Part shown: in pieces, positions 37,851-48,047 of the stretch
How positions within the stretch are numbered: position 1 is the first letter of the stretch
Layout of the letters: every line of letters starts with the position of its first letter
NCBI GenBank assembly: GCA_963805085.1
Contig: CAWDTA010000002.1
Span: 1,248,001-1,312,000, forward strand
Direction of reading: 5' to 3'
DNA from: an uncultured Veillonellaceae bacterium
GTDB taxonomy: Bacteria > Bacillota > Negativicutes > JARBTT01
Length of the DNA: 64,000 bases
The notes under the pieces: generated by a model
What the model was told of the DNA's origin: nothing
Databases searched by the model: none
The model's input: the letters and a program-made list of their open reading frames with translations, nothing else
Position numbers and translations under genes: made by a program

Positions 37851-40208
37851 ATGAACGATTTATATATGTCTCCACGGATTTTTAAATTGAAGGATAAAAT
37901 GTTATCTGATAAGCGGTTTGCGTCGATTGAGCAGGCGATGATTATTACGGATACGTATAGAGAGAATGAAGATAAGCCTGTGATTATCAAACGGGCATTG
38001 GCGTTGAAAAATGCTTTAAGTAAAATGGAAATTGCCGTGGAGCCAGGTGAGATCATTGTTGGCAATCGTACGAGGGGGGTACGGGCTGGGGTGGTGTTTC
38101 CTGAGAGTGGCAGTTCATGGATTGATCGTGAAATAGAAGGATTGCCAACGCGTCCACAAGATCGGTTTGAGGTACGGTCAGAAGACGTTGCGACGTTTCG
38201 TGAGGTAATCAAGCCATATTGGCAAGGAAAATCATTAGAAGATGTGATTCGGAATCGTTTTGGCAGCGAGATCGACGAGATTGCTAAAGTGGTAAAAATC
38301 AATCAAAAAGACCATGCGCAAGGGCATATTTGTCCAGATTGTGAAGGGTGGCTATCACAGGGGCCAGCGGGGATTAAGGCGAGAGCAGCAGAAAAACTAA
38401 AACATGCTACCGCTCAATCCAAGGATTTTTATCAGAGTGTTATCCTTGTCATGGATGGGGTACAAGGGTTTATGCTGCGCTATCATGACCTTCTGCTCAA
38501 AATGGCAACGAACTGTGAGGATGCAGAGCAGAAAGAAGAACTGAAAAATGTGGCAGTGATTTGCAAAAATTTAGCGCATCGTTCGCCGGAAACGTTTCAT
38601 GAAGCAGTACAAGCGTTATGGTTTTTATTTGTGGTATTGCATATGGAATCCAATGCTTCTTCCTTTTCACCGGGCAGAATGGATCAGTTTTTGTATCCGT
38701 TCTATAAAAAAGATCGTGAAAACGGAATTTTAGATCAACAAAAAGCACTAGAAATCATCGAATGCATTTGGCTGAAATTTAATGAAATCGTTTATTTGCG
38801 CAATTCGCATAGCGCAAAGTTTTTTGCTGGTTTCCCGATTGGGTTCAATATCGCCATTGGCGGACAAGATGAACAGGGGAACGATTACGTCAATGAACTA
38901 TCCTTCTTGCTGCTAAAAGCGCAAGAACACCTTGGTTTGCCACAGCCGAATTTATCGGTGCGGTTAAATAAAAATACCTCTGAGGCGTTATTGAAAGAGA
39001 GTATTAAAGTAGTGGCTAAGGGCAGTGGGATGCCACAATTCTTTAATGATGAAGCAATTGTCAAAACAATGATTGAAAAGCTCGATATCACCAGAGAAGA
39101 TGCGCTTGATTATGCTATTGTTGGTTGTGTCGAACTTACCACGCAAGGCAATAGCCTTGGGTGGAGCGATGCGGCGATGTTCAATTTAAATAAAACGTTA
39201 GAAGTGACGTTGACTGGTGGTAAGTGTTTATTAACGGGCGAAAAAATTTCGCCAGATTATGGGAATTTATGCACGTATGAGACCTATGAAGCATTAGAAA
39301 CTGCGTTTGCTAAACAAATTGATTATTTTATGGACAAAATGGTGCTAGCTTGTGAACAAGTAGAAAAAGCCCATATCGATGTATTGCCATCGCCATTTTT
39401 ATCTTCGGTCATCCATGATTGTATCGAGAAAGGAGTGGATGTTACCGCTGGTGGCGCGCATTATAATTTCTCGGGGATTCAAATGATTCAAGTGGCAAAT
39501 CTCGCCGATAGTTTGGCGGCGATAAAACAATTGGTTTATGAGGAAAAACGTGTGGATAAGGAGCAGTTATTAGCCGCGTTAGAATGCAATTTTGACGGCT
39601 ATGCTGTAATCAAAGCATTGCTTCTAAATAAAGTGCCGAAGTATGGCAACGATGTAACTTGGGTAGATGAATTGGGGGCAAAATGGGCCCGCTATTTCCA
39701 TGGAAAAATATCAAGCTATACAAATTATCGTGGCGGCAAATATCATACGGGGATGTACACGGTTTCAGCGCATGTACCGATGGGTGAAAATGTTGGAGCA
39801 TCGCCAGATGGTCGCTCGGCAAAAGCACCACTTGCGGATGGCGGAATGTCGCCTGTGTATGGCAGAGATCTTGCTGGACCGACGGCAGTGCTAAAATCAG
39901 TAGCCCGTTTAGATAATCAATTGACGACCAATGGTGGTCTATTAAATATGAAATTTTTACCGGAGTTTTTTGCTACGGAGCGAGGCGTTGATAAGTTCGC
40001 TAAGTTTCTGCGTGCTTTTGTTGATTTAGAAATACCGCATATTCAGTTCAATGTCCTCAGGCGTGAAGATTTGCTGGCGGCGCAAAAAGATCCAGAAAAA
40101 TACCGCAGTTTAACTGTTCGGGTGGCAGGTTATACTGCGTATTTCACGGAACTGGCTGGTGAATTGCAAAATGAAATCATTGCGCGTACGAGCTATGGTG
40201 ATATTTGA
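37851..40208 (+). CDS. Glycyl radical enzyme, PflD-like clade
   Basis: Single-Cys loop VGCVEL, Gly loop RVAGY, plus PTRPQDRF, ESNASS, FAGFP, LPQPNL, YTVSAHVP motifs recalled from E. coli PflD. Confidence 0.92.
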   Translation: MNDLYMSPRIFKLKDKMLSDKRFASIEQAMIITDTYRENEDKPVIIKRALALKNALSKMEIAVEPGEIIVGNRTRGVRAGVVFPESGSSWIDREIEGLPTRPQDRFEVRSEDVATFREVIKPYWQGKSLEDVIRNRFGSEIDEIAKVVKINQKDHAQGHICPDCEGWLSQGPAGIKARAAEKLKHATAQSKDFYQSVILVMDGVQGFMLRYHDLLLKMATNCEDAEQKEELKNVAVICKNLAHRSPETFHEAVQALWFLFVVLHMESNASSFSPGRMDQFLYPFYKKDRENGILDQQKALEIIECIWLKFNEIVYLRNSHSAKFFAGFPIGFNIAIGGQDEQGNDYVNELSFLLLKAQEHLGLPQPNLSVRLNKNTSEALLKESIKVVAKGSGMPQFFNDEAIVKTMIEKLDITREDALDYAIVGCVELTTQGNSLGWSDAAMFNLNKTLEVTLTGGKCLLTGEKISPDYGNLCTYETYEALETAFAKQIDYFMDKMVLACEQVEKAHIDVLPSPFLSSVIHDCIEKGVDVTAGGAHYNFSGIQMIQVANLADSLAAIKQLVYEEKRVDKEQLLAALECNFDGYAVIKALLLNKVPKYGNDVTWVDELGAKWARYFHGKISSYTNYRGGKYHTGMYTVSAHVPMGENVGASPDGRSAKAPLADGGMSPVYGRDLAGPTAVLKSVARLDNQLTTNGGLLNMKFLPEFFATERGVDKFAKFLRAFVDLEIPHIQFNVLRREDLLAAQKDPEKYRSLTVRVAGYTAYFTELAGELQNEIIARTSYGDI

Positions 40209-41131
40209 TGACAACGTTAAAGGGAACGATATTTGACATCAGGAGATTTTCTACCCATGATGGGGACGGTATTAGGACGACTGTATTTTTGAAAGGTTGC
40301 CCATTAAAATGTGTATGGTGTCAAAATCCCAAAGGGATTGAGAGAGAAACGAGTCTTGTTCACTTTTCGAATCGATGTATTGGTTGTGGCTTATGTGCGA
40401 GTATCAGCGTAGATGGTGATATTACGATAAAAGATCAACTGCCAGTGCTGCATAACAGCCAAGCAAAGCAGTGGCAGGAGTATGTAACGATTTGTCCAAC
40501 CAATGCGTTGGTAATGGATAGTAAACAGTACACAGTTGCTGAAGTAATCGAAATTGTCTTACGTGATCAACCATTTTTTCAATATGGCGGGGGTGTTACT
40601 TTGTCGGGCGGTGAGCCACTATTGCAAAAGGAGTTTACGCTCGCACTATTAAAAGCACTTAAACAAAAGGCTGTGCATACGGCAGTAGAAACTTCATTAT
40701 GTGTAGATCAAGCGTATCTGCTACAGATCCTGCCCTATATTGATACCTTATTTGCTGATTTTAAGGTATTTGATGATGGCGCTCATAAGCGGGCGACGGG
40801 AATTGATAATGGGCTGATTAAGGATAATATTGCAATGGTATTAACCTCTGCGTATTGCGATCGTGTGATCATTCGCACGCCACTGATTCCGCAGTACACG
40901 GCAACAAAGGAAAATATTGCGGCGATTTGTCAGTATATCGCTAAGTTGTATCCGCAGGTAACCTATGAACTACTCAACTATAATCCATTGGCACAGGCGA
41001 AATATAAACAGGTGGGGATCGAGTACTGCTTTAAGGAAAATCCGAAGCTGTTTACAAAAGAAGAAATGCAGGAGTTTCAATGGATTGCGCAAGACGCTGG
41101 GATCATAAACTTGCTAAAAGATGACGAATAA
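40205..41131 (+). CDS. Glycyl-radical activating enzyme (radical SAM)
   Basis: HDGDGIRTTVFLKGCPLKCVWC (CxxxCxxC), ferredoxin-like insert CIGCGLC...CP, GGVTLSGGEP. Confidence 0.95.
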   Translation: MMTTLKGTIFDIRRFSTHDGDGIRTTVFLKGCPLKCVWCQNPKGIERETSLVHFSNRCIGCGLCASISVDGDITIKDQLPVLHNSQAKQWQEYVTICPTNALVMDSKQYTVAEVIEIVLRDQPFFQYGGGVTLSGGEPLLQKEFTLALLKALKQKAVHTAVETSLCVDQAYLLQILPYIDTLFADFKVFDDGAHKRATGIDNGLIKDNIAMVLTSAYCDRVIIRTPLIPQYTATKENIAAICQYIAKLYPQVTYELLNYNPLAQAKYKQVGIEYCFKENPKLFTKEEMQEFQWIAQDAGIINLLKDDE

Positions 41132-41154
41132 ATAAAGTTGAAAGAGATGAAAAG

Positions 41155-41916
41155 ATGTTTGTTGAAGAAAGACAGGAAAGTATCGTTTTATTATTAAATA
41201 AATTTGGCAAGGTTAAAGTAAAAGAGCTTAGTGAAAGGTTTGCGGTAACCGAGGATTGTATTCGCAAAGATTTGGCGAGCTTAGAAAAAGAAGGCTATTT
41301 AAAACGAGCTTACGGCGGTGCGGTTATCGTGCGAACCAATGTGCATAAAGCTGAAGTCCGTAGCCGAAAAAATATCGATGTGAGTGCAAAAAAAGCGATT
41401 GCTCAAAAATCATTTGCGCTTATCAAAAATCAAGATATGGTCTTTTTGGATATTTCGACGAGCAATCTTGAGCTTGCGCATTTGTTAGTTGAAAGTAAAA
41501 AAGAGATCACTGTCGTGACCAATATGATTGAGATTCTTGTTTTATTAGCAAAAAAAGCTGAGATAAAAATCGTATTTGTCGGCGGTGTCATCAATAAAAG
41601 TCGTGATGGTTTTTGGGGGAGTATGACGATGGAGTTGATTGCGAAATGTAAGCCTGATATTGCCTTTGTCGGCGCTGTCGGCATTGACGTTTATGAAAAT
41701 AGTATTTCTACCTATGACATTGAGGATGGTAACAATAAAGCAATGATCATCAAAGCGAGTAAAAAGGCTTATTTAGTTGCTGAATTTACTAAATTCAGCA
41801 AAGATGGTAACTATAACTATGCAACCTTAGATGATTTAACCGGGGTTATTACGAATCAGACATTATCAATAGAAGTACAAGAAGTGATGCTTGAACATGG
41901 GGTGGAGCTGCTATAA
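41155..41916 (+). CDS. DeoR/GlpR-family regulator
   Basis: MFVEERQ, VTEDCIRKDL...RAYGGA HTH, VVTN sensor motif. Confidence 0.93.
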   Translation: MFVEERQESIVLLLNKFGKVKVKELSERFAVTEDCIRKDLASLEKEGYLKRAYGGAVIVRTNVHKAEVRSRKNIDVSAKKAIAQKSFALIKNQDMVFLDISTSNLELAHLLVESKKEITVVTNMIEILVLLAKKAEIKIVFVGGVINKSRDGFWGSMTMELIAKCKPDIAFVGAVGIDVYENSISTYDIEDGNNKAMIIKASKKAYLVAEFTKFSKDGNYNYATLDDLTGVITNQTLSIEVQEVMLEHGVELL

Positions 41917-42089
41917 CGTATGCTTTAGGGAAGGCATCGCTAAAGAAAAGATGAGATAGAGGCCAGTTGAACGTGAAGAAAAATAGCAATTTAGCGCGGA
42001 AGTTAGTAGAAAAAGACGATATTTGTCACTTGCACAAAGATGAAATTCGTAGTAAGGTTTCTGTAATAGAAGACTACGGAGGATTTTTT

Positions 42090-44084
42090 ATGGTTTTGAA
42101 ATGGATCAAGCAAGTGCTGAACTGGCAAAAGTTTTATGAATTGATTCAGCAAGATATCAAATTATTTATCTATTTATTGGCGCTTCTTATGCTGTTTAGA
42201 ATTGGCTTTATTGGTATCATGCAAGCTTATTTAGGCGGTAGTACCAATTGGGCGGATATTTTATTGGCCTTGTATTATGGTTTGAAACTGAGTTTAAAAA
42301 GTGCCGGTTTATTGGCGGTAACTTCTTTTTCTAGTTGCTTGATTTTTTATTGCTTTTCCTCTAAAACAACAGTGTATGTACGAAAATTCATCGGCTCGGT
42401 TTATACGATTGTCTTAACCATATTGTTTTTCGCGCGCATTCCTTTTTATCAGCAGTTTCACTCAGGCTTTAATCAACTGATTTTTAATACAATCAATGAT
42501 GATGTTTATGCGCTTGTCCTTTCACTCATTGATCAGTTTAATTTGCCCTTACGCTTATTTGGTGCTTTGGTAGGGGCGGGGATGCTATGCCTTCTCTTAT
42601 GCAAGTGGTTGGATACGCGAATCCTTTACCTGCCAAAGTTAAAAAATTGGTATGTAAATATCGCCATGAGGGTTGCCTTTTTCGTGGTACTGTATCAGTT
42701 TGCTGTGTTCGTTAATTTTGGTGGCAGCCTGAGTTTTGCTGGCAATGTCGATTGGGAGAACTCTGGGGTTACAAAGGATCAATTGCTCAATGAAGCAATT
42801 TTAGATGATGTGCAAGCTGTTTATCGTGCCTATGAGATGAATGGTCGACTCGCAAGTTCTACAGGGCTTATGTTTGAACCAACACAAATTGCTGACTATG
42901 CGCGCCAGTTGTCAGGAAAGCAAATAGAAAGTGATAATTTGGATGATTATTTGAAAAAATCAGTGCAGGGACTACGAGCGGAAAAGCCGAAACAGATCTT
43001 TTTGATTATTTCGGAGAGCTATGCAAATTGGCCCTTACTTGATAAATACAAAAACCTCAATATCGCCAATGGGGTGAAAAATATTATTGCTGAACCTGAT
43101 AGTGCTTATGTTAGTACGTTTTTACCAAATGGGATGAGTACGATTTCGGGTGTTATGGGAATCGTCACTGGCTTTACTGATGCCAATTTGTATTTGACGA
43201 CAATGCCAGAAGCATATAAAGAACCATATTCGACGGCGGTTGCACCTCAAATGAAGAAACTTGGCTATCGAGCAAAGTTCTGGTATGCTGGGCCAAGCTC
43301 TTGGGAACGGGTCAAAGATTTTTCTCTTGCGCAAGGCTTTGACGATTTTTACGGTAGTGGTGATTTTGACGGGAGAGCAGGTAATGTTTGGGGTTGGGAT
43401 GATGAATATTTGTATGACGCCGTGCTAAAAGGCGTCAAAACAGAAGAACCTAGCTTTAATATCGTGCTCAATGTATCGAATCATTCACCGTTTACCGTGG
43501 ATTTAGACAAAGCAGGATTTGATCGGGAGGCTGTGACTGCACAGCTACCAGATAGCGTAAAAAATGACCAAGAGTTGGTGAAGCAGCTTGGTCATTTCTG
43601 GTATGCTGATAAGATGCTGGCTGAGTTTGTGGTGCGTGCAAAGAAAAAATATCCGGATAGTGTATTTATTATTGTTGGTGACCATGCCGATCGGATGAAT
43701 ATTGATAAAACACCAACAATGTATGAACGGTATGGTATCCCTTTTGTCGTGACGGGCAAAGGGATTACCAAGCAAAGCTTACCGGCAGGCGTGGCCGGCA
43801 GCCATATTGATGTGATGCCAACCTTATTAGAACTAATTGCGCCAAAAGGTTTTACGTATTATTCGGTAGGAAATAGTTTGACAAAGGGAAATGCTTTTGG
43901 TGTTAACTATGGATTTTGGATTACGCCAAACTATATCGGTAAAACAGATATGGTTGCTCAGCCAGAGGCCATCACCTCGCCAGATGCTCCTGAGCCAGAC
44001 CCAACAATGGTGCAAGGCACTGTCGAAGCGGTGCGGAGTGTATCTTGGTGGCGGAGTAAGTATGGAAATCAATTAGCGAAATGA
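42090..44084 (+). CDS. LTA-synthase/sulfatase-family membrane phosphotransferase
   Basis: N-terminal TM bundle, ISESYA, SNHSPF, WYADK, VGDH, GSHID motifs. Start placed at ATG 42090 after SD GGAGG. Confidence 0.88.
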   Translation: MVLKWIKQVLNWQKFYELIQQDIKLFIYLLALLMLFRIGFIGIMQAYLGGSTNWADILLALYYGLKLSLKSAGLLAVTSFSSCLIFYCFSSKTTVYVRKFIGSVYTIVLTILFFARIPFYQQFHSGFNQLIFNTINDDVYALVLSLIDQFNLPLRLFGALVGAGMLCLLLCKWLDTRILYLPKLKNWYVNIAMRVAFFVVLYQFAVFVNFGGSLSFAGNVDWENSGVTKDQLLNEAILDDVQAVYRAYEMNGRLASSTGLMFEPTQIADYARQLSGKQIESDNLDDYLKKSVQGLRAEKPKQIFLIISESYANWPLLDKYKNLNIANGVKNIIAEPDSAYVSTFLPNGMSTISGVMGIVTGFTDANLYLTTMPEAYKEPYSTAVAPQMKKLGYRAKFWYAGPSSWERVKDFSLAQGFDDFYGSGDFDGRAGNVWGWDDEYLYDAVLKGVKTEEPSFNIVLNVSNHSPFTVDLDKAGFDREAVTAQLPDSVKNDQELVKQLGHFWYADKMLAEFVVRAKKKYPDSVFIIVGDHADRMNIDKTPTMYERYGIPFVVTGKGITKQSLPAGVAGSHIDVMPTLLELIAPKGFTYYSVGNSLTKGNAFGVNYGFWITPNYIGKTDMVAQPEAITSPDAPEPDPTMVQGTVEAVRSVSWWRSKYGNQLAK

Positions 44085-44162
44085 TTTGTCTAGCGTTATT
44101 AGTACGATATAGTATGATTTGAGATTTATCATAAAATAAAATCTATAAAGACATAGTATGAG

Positions 44163-44903
44163 GTGAGTTCTATGGCAATCGTCCATAAAGGCAAGAAAAC
44201 TTTAAATGGACAAGCAAATCAATATTTGCTAACAAGTATAGCTTGTGTGGTGATGCTGATTGCGTATGCGTTTATGATGGTGCAAGGACAGGGCGATGTG
44301 GAAGTAAACGTTGTCTTTATGGCATTACCAGTGTTTTGGGTTATTGGTGCGGTATTTTACTTTAGAAAGTATAAAATCTTTAAAGCTGGGGCGGCTGGTG
44401 AGTCTGGGTTATTGGAATATGTACGAAAATTGCCTAACCAATATCATATTTTTACCAATTTTCAGATCACAGAAAAGCGTATTCACGATGAGGTGGACTT
44501 ACTCGTTGTTGGGGATACCGGTGTTTTTGTCATTGAAGCAAAAAATCATGTGGGTAAAATTGATGGCACTGCTGATGATGTTGAGTGGAAACAATACAAA
44601 ACTGATCAGGCAGGCAACACCAAAATAAAGTTGCTGGCAAATCCAATCAAACAAGCGGATTGGCATACGATCAATATCGACCGATTGCTTAGGCTTGATG
44701 GTTTTCATGTTACAGTAATTGGCTTGCTGGTCTTTACCAATCCGAAGGCGACCTTGGAAATTGGCCCAAGCAAACTGGCTATTTTAGATAATTGTAAAGC
44801 CGTGAATCAATATATCCTAAATTACAAACCACAACAGAGGCTCAATAAAAGTCATATTAATAAAATTGTTCGTGCTTTAGAAGATAAGGTGAACAAGAAG
44901 TAA
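44163..44903 (+). CDS. NERD (nuclease-related) domain membrane protein
   Basis: Two TM helices, then GAAGE...EVDLLVVG..GVFVIEAKN...NPIKQA. Confidence 0.85.
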   Translation: MSSMAIVHKGKKTLNGQANQYLLTSIACVVMLIAYAFMMVQGQGDVEVNVVFMALPVFWVIGAVFYFRKYKIFKAGAAGESGLLEYVRKLPNQYHIFTNFQITEKRIHDEVDLLVVGDTGVFVIEAKNHVGKIDGTADDVEWKQYKTDQAGNTKIKLLANPIKQADWHTINIDRLLRLDGFHVTVIGLLVFTNPKATLEIGPSKLAILDNCKAVNQYILNYKPQQRLNKSHINKIVRALEDKVNKK

Positions 44904-45073
44904 AAAGATGTCCGCTAGGCCAGAAAAAACGCGTAGTTATTATTTGGCTAAAGTTATTATTAATTATTTTTTTATAAATTTGGTCAGTAGGATTTTAGTA
45001 TGTTTTGGCGAATGATATAGATAATGGTATATAGCAATAATGTTATGATGCTGAATGCAATGGAGGATAAAAT

Positions 45074-45856
45074 ATGAGTGACGAAAGAGATTGGGATTTG
45101 TTTAAACAAAAGTTAAAAGTGAAAACTGGCATTGATTTAAATGAATATAAAGCGAACCAAATGCAACGTCGGATTACAAATTTGATGACAAGACATAACC
45201 ATAAATCCTATGTTGAATTTTTTAATTCAATTGAAAATGATAAGAAGGCATTTGCTGATTTTATAGAGTATTTGACGATTAATGTAAGTGAATTTTTCCG
45301 TACACCAGAAAAATTTTCTGAATTAGAAGCGAAAGTAATTCCTGATTTATTAGCAAAAAGCCCTAAGTTAAATATTTGGAGTGCCGGTTGTTCAATTGGG
45401 GCTGAGCCTTATTCTTTGGCGATGATTCTAAAGGATATGACACCATCCGCAAGACATCGTATTTTAGCCACCGATCTTGATATTGAAATTTTGAATAAAG
45501 CCAAAGCTGGCGTTTACAATGGCAATGAAATTAAAAATATTTCTACATCGCGTAAAAGCACTTATTTCAACATTGAAGGTGATAAATATACAGTTTTAGA
45601 TGATATCAAATCACGCATTGACTACAAACGTCATAATTTATTGTTAGACAGTTTTGAAACTGGTTTTGATTTGATTCTTTGTCGTAATGTGGTTATTTAC
45701 TTTACGGAAGAAGCAAAGGATAAACTTTACCGCCGTTTCTTTGCAGCGCTAAAACCAGGTGGCGTTTTATTTGTAGGCGGTACAGAGGCAATTTTGAATT
45801 TCCGTGATATTGGATTCGCAAGTTACTTACCATTTTTCTATCGCAAACCATTTTAA
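45074..45856 (+). CDS. cheR: Chemotaxis protein-glutamate O-methyltransferase
   Basis: TINVSEFFR, WSAGCSIGAEPYSLA, ATDLD, CRNVVIYF. Confidence 0.96.
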   Translation: MSDERDWDLFKQKLKVKTGIDLNEYKANQMQRRITNLMTRHNHKSYVEFFNSIENDKKAFADFIEYLTINVSEFFRTPEKFSELEAKVIPDLLAKSPKLNIWSAGCSIGAEPYSLAMILKDMTPSARHRILATDLDIEILNKAKAGVYNGNEIKNISTSRKSTYFNIEGDKYTVLDDIKSRIDYKRHNLLLDSFETGFDLILCRNVVIYFTEEAKDKLYRRFFAALKPGGVLFVGGTEAILNFRDIGFASYLPFFYRKPF

Positions 45857-47013
45857 AAAATACCCCAATTAGAAAATATTTTAAATAATGCAGTTAATTT
45901 GTTGAAAATGACGCGAACGAAGGTCTTTTCTTCAACGGAGGATTGTGCGAGCAAGTCGACTTTCTTGACGACATTGTTATCGACAAGCAACTTCAACTCA
46001 CCGATTTTTTGCCCCTGATAAACAGGGGCTTTTATTTTGTCTGGAATATCAATATCTACGGTAACAGAACCTTTTTTTGCTTCTTCGACGACCATTGCGG
46101 CATCGCTACTTAAGATGGCATCGACGTTTTCACCAAAGCCGCCTTCAACTGCAACACTGTCAATAAAGGCGCCGCTATTGGCATATTCAAATAATTCGTA
46201 GTTATCAAAGCCCCATTGCAATAGATTCTGTGAATTTTGCCAGCGAGACTTGTCGTGCAGTATAACAGCGATTAAGCGCTGATTTTTTTTTGTGGCACTG
46301 GCTACGAGACATGGGCCAGCTTCAGTTGTTGTTCCCGTTTTAACACCATCGGCTTCTGCGAGCATCCACAGAAGTTTGTTGGTGTTTTTTAAATTCTGCT
46401 CGTGGTTATAACCACGGCTATCTTTCCAATCAACATTGGTATGTTTGGTGTTGACGATTTCGGCAAAAATCGGATTATTCATCGCATAGCGTGTAATCCA
46501 AGCCAGATCATAGGCACTAGAATAATGGTTTGGTGTAGGCAAGCCATTTGGATTTTGAAAATGGGTATGATAGGCGCCAAGTTCTTTGGCTTTTTCATTC
46601 ATTAGTACAACAAAATCATCTACGGAACCGGAGATAAATTCGGCGATGGCAATGGCACTGTCATTACCAGAACGAAGCATAAGCCCAGTAAGTAATTCGT
46701 GGAGTGTGATGATTTGACCTTTTTCAAGGTACATGCTAGAGCCAGAAGTATTTGCAGCCTTGGCACTAATCGTAGCATTCTCTTCAAGTCGGTTACTTTC
46801 AATGGCCAGAATTGCAGTCATAATCTTTGTAGTACTGGCAGGTGGTAACTGCTCATAGGCATTCTTTTCAAATAGTATTTGCCCAGTTTTCGCATCAATC
46901 AGGACAGCGCCACTGGCGCTGATGGTTGGGGGAGCTGGTTTGCAAAAAGCGAAATTGGTAATGAGTAGCATAGGAACTAAGATAGACGCAATTTTTTTTA
47001 TCCAAGGAAGCAT
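45853..47013 (-). CDS. D-alanyl-D-alanine carboxypeptidase (S11, DacB/DacF-like)
   Basis: Signal peptide, PASTTK (SxxK), SGND (SxN), KTG; PBP5 C-terminal domain. Confidence 0.95.
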   Translation of the reverse strand: MLPWIKKIASILVPMLLITNFAFCKPAPPTISASGAVLIDAKTGQILFEKNAYEQLPPASTTKIMTAILAIESNRLEENATISAKAANTSGSSMYLEKGQIITLHELLTGLMLRSGNDSAIAIAEFISGSVDDFVVLMNEKAKELGAYHTHFQNPNGLPTPNHYSSAYDLAWITRYAMNNPIFAEIVNTKHTNVDWKDSRGYNHEQNLKNTNKLLWMLAEADGVKTGTTTEAGPCLVASATKKNQRLIAVILHDKSRWQNSQNLLQWGFDNYELFEYANSGAFIDSVAVEGGFGENVDAILSSDAAMVVEEAKKGSVTVDIDIPDKIKAPVYQGQKIGELKLLVDNNVVKKVDLLAQSSVEEKTFVRVIFNKLTALFKIFSNWGIF

Positions 47014-47083
47014 GCAAAATCCCCCTCATTGTTTCGTAGTATTTTAGAGTGTGTTTCAAAAAAACACACAACCTTAAAAATGC

Positions 47084-47210
47084 AAGAGACTGTTACAAGA
47101 TGCCTAGATGCTAGGTAGGGCGAGAACGAGAGCGAGTGCGTCCAATGTAGTACGTTGATCAAGGGATCGCAGGATGAGCAACGCAGATGGGGATTTTGCA
47201 ACAGTCTCTT
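47084..47210. mobile_element. MITE-like hairpin element
   Basis: Terminal IR AAGAGACTGTTACAAGAT / ATTTTGCAACAGTCTCTT; internal AGATGCTAGG ... CGCAGATG shared with 60866-60960. Confidence 0.6.
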
Positions 47211-47303
47211 TTAGCAGATTATATTACTTAACCGAGGAGATGATGCATATATTTAAAAAAAAAGCGTACTATCCAGTAAGGTCATAGAAGGGAGGCAAAG
47301 CTT

Positions 47304-48047
47304 ATGGTTTCTATGCGCAATTGTTTTGCAATGACGGTGATTGCTCTCGCCTTGGTTGCTAAAGTAAGCCAAGGCATTTTTTTAGAAGAAGTAAAAGTCG
47401 TAAAAAAAATTCCTACCACGCATAAGGTAGTTGCTCTAACCGTTGATGATGGACCGCATTATAAAACAACGCCAGAATTGTTAAAAGTTTTAAAAGAAAA
47501 AAATGTGAAGGTGACGATGTTCGTCTTGGGTGAAAATGTTAAAGAACATCCGGAATTGGTTGCCCAGGCAGCCCAAGATGGGCATGAAATAGCTACCCAT
47601 GCCTATACACATATCCCTTTAACGAAAATGAGTCAAGGAGAATGTGCAGCAGAATTGGATAAAACAGAAGCAATTCTCAAAAAAATTGAAATAAAACCGC
47701 ATTTGTTTCGTCCGCCGGGGGGCTTATACAACGATGCCGTGATCAAAGAAGCTGATAAACATTGCTATACGACGGTTTTGTGGTCAGTTGATCCGAAAGA
47801 TTGGCAAAGACCAAGTGTAGAGAAGGTGGTAAACACGGTTACCACTACAGTAGAACCGGGGAGTATTGTGCTATTGCATGACGGTCAATATCCATTGCCT
47901 ACCCCACAGGCAATTGGACAGATTATTGATAACTTACGGGCAAAAGGCTATACCTTTGTTACCATAAGTGAACTGCTTGAATATTATGAAGTGCGAGAAA
48001 CAGGTCTATTTTCATATTTAAATTATCAAAAGATTTTGTTAAACTAA
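47304..48047 (+). CDS. Polysaccharide deacetylase (CE4, Pda-like)
   Basis: LTVDDGP, HAYTH, FRPPGG, DPKDW, IVLLHD. Confidence 0.93.
   Translation: MVSMRNCFAMTVIALALVAKVSQGIFLEEVKVVKKIPTTHKVVALTVDDGPHYKTTPELLKVLKEKNVKVTMFVLGENVKEHPELVAQAAQDGHEIATHAYTHIPLTKMSQGECAAELDKTEAILKKIEIKPHLFRPPGGLYNDAVIKEADKHCYTTVLWSVDPKDWQRPSVEKVVNTVTTTVEPGSIVLLHDGQYPLPTPQAIGQIIDNLRAKGYTFVTISELLEYYEVRETGLFSYLNYQKILLN

Noticed and set aside
37851-40208. Calling the GRE pyruvate formate-lyase, choline TMA-lyase or a diol dehydratase
   Set aside because: It has a single-Cys GCVE loop (PFL has adjacent Cys-Cys), no microcompartment or cut/pdu genes nearby, and motifs closest to PflD.
46998-47201. 67-aa minus-strand ORF
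   Set aside because: Overlaps the MITE-like element and the dac start; a repeat-derived artefact.
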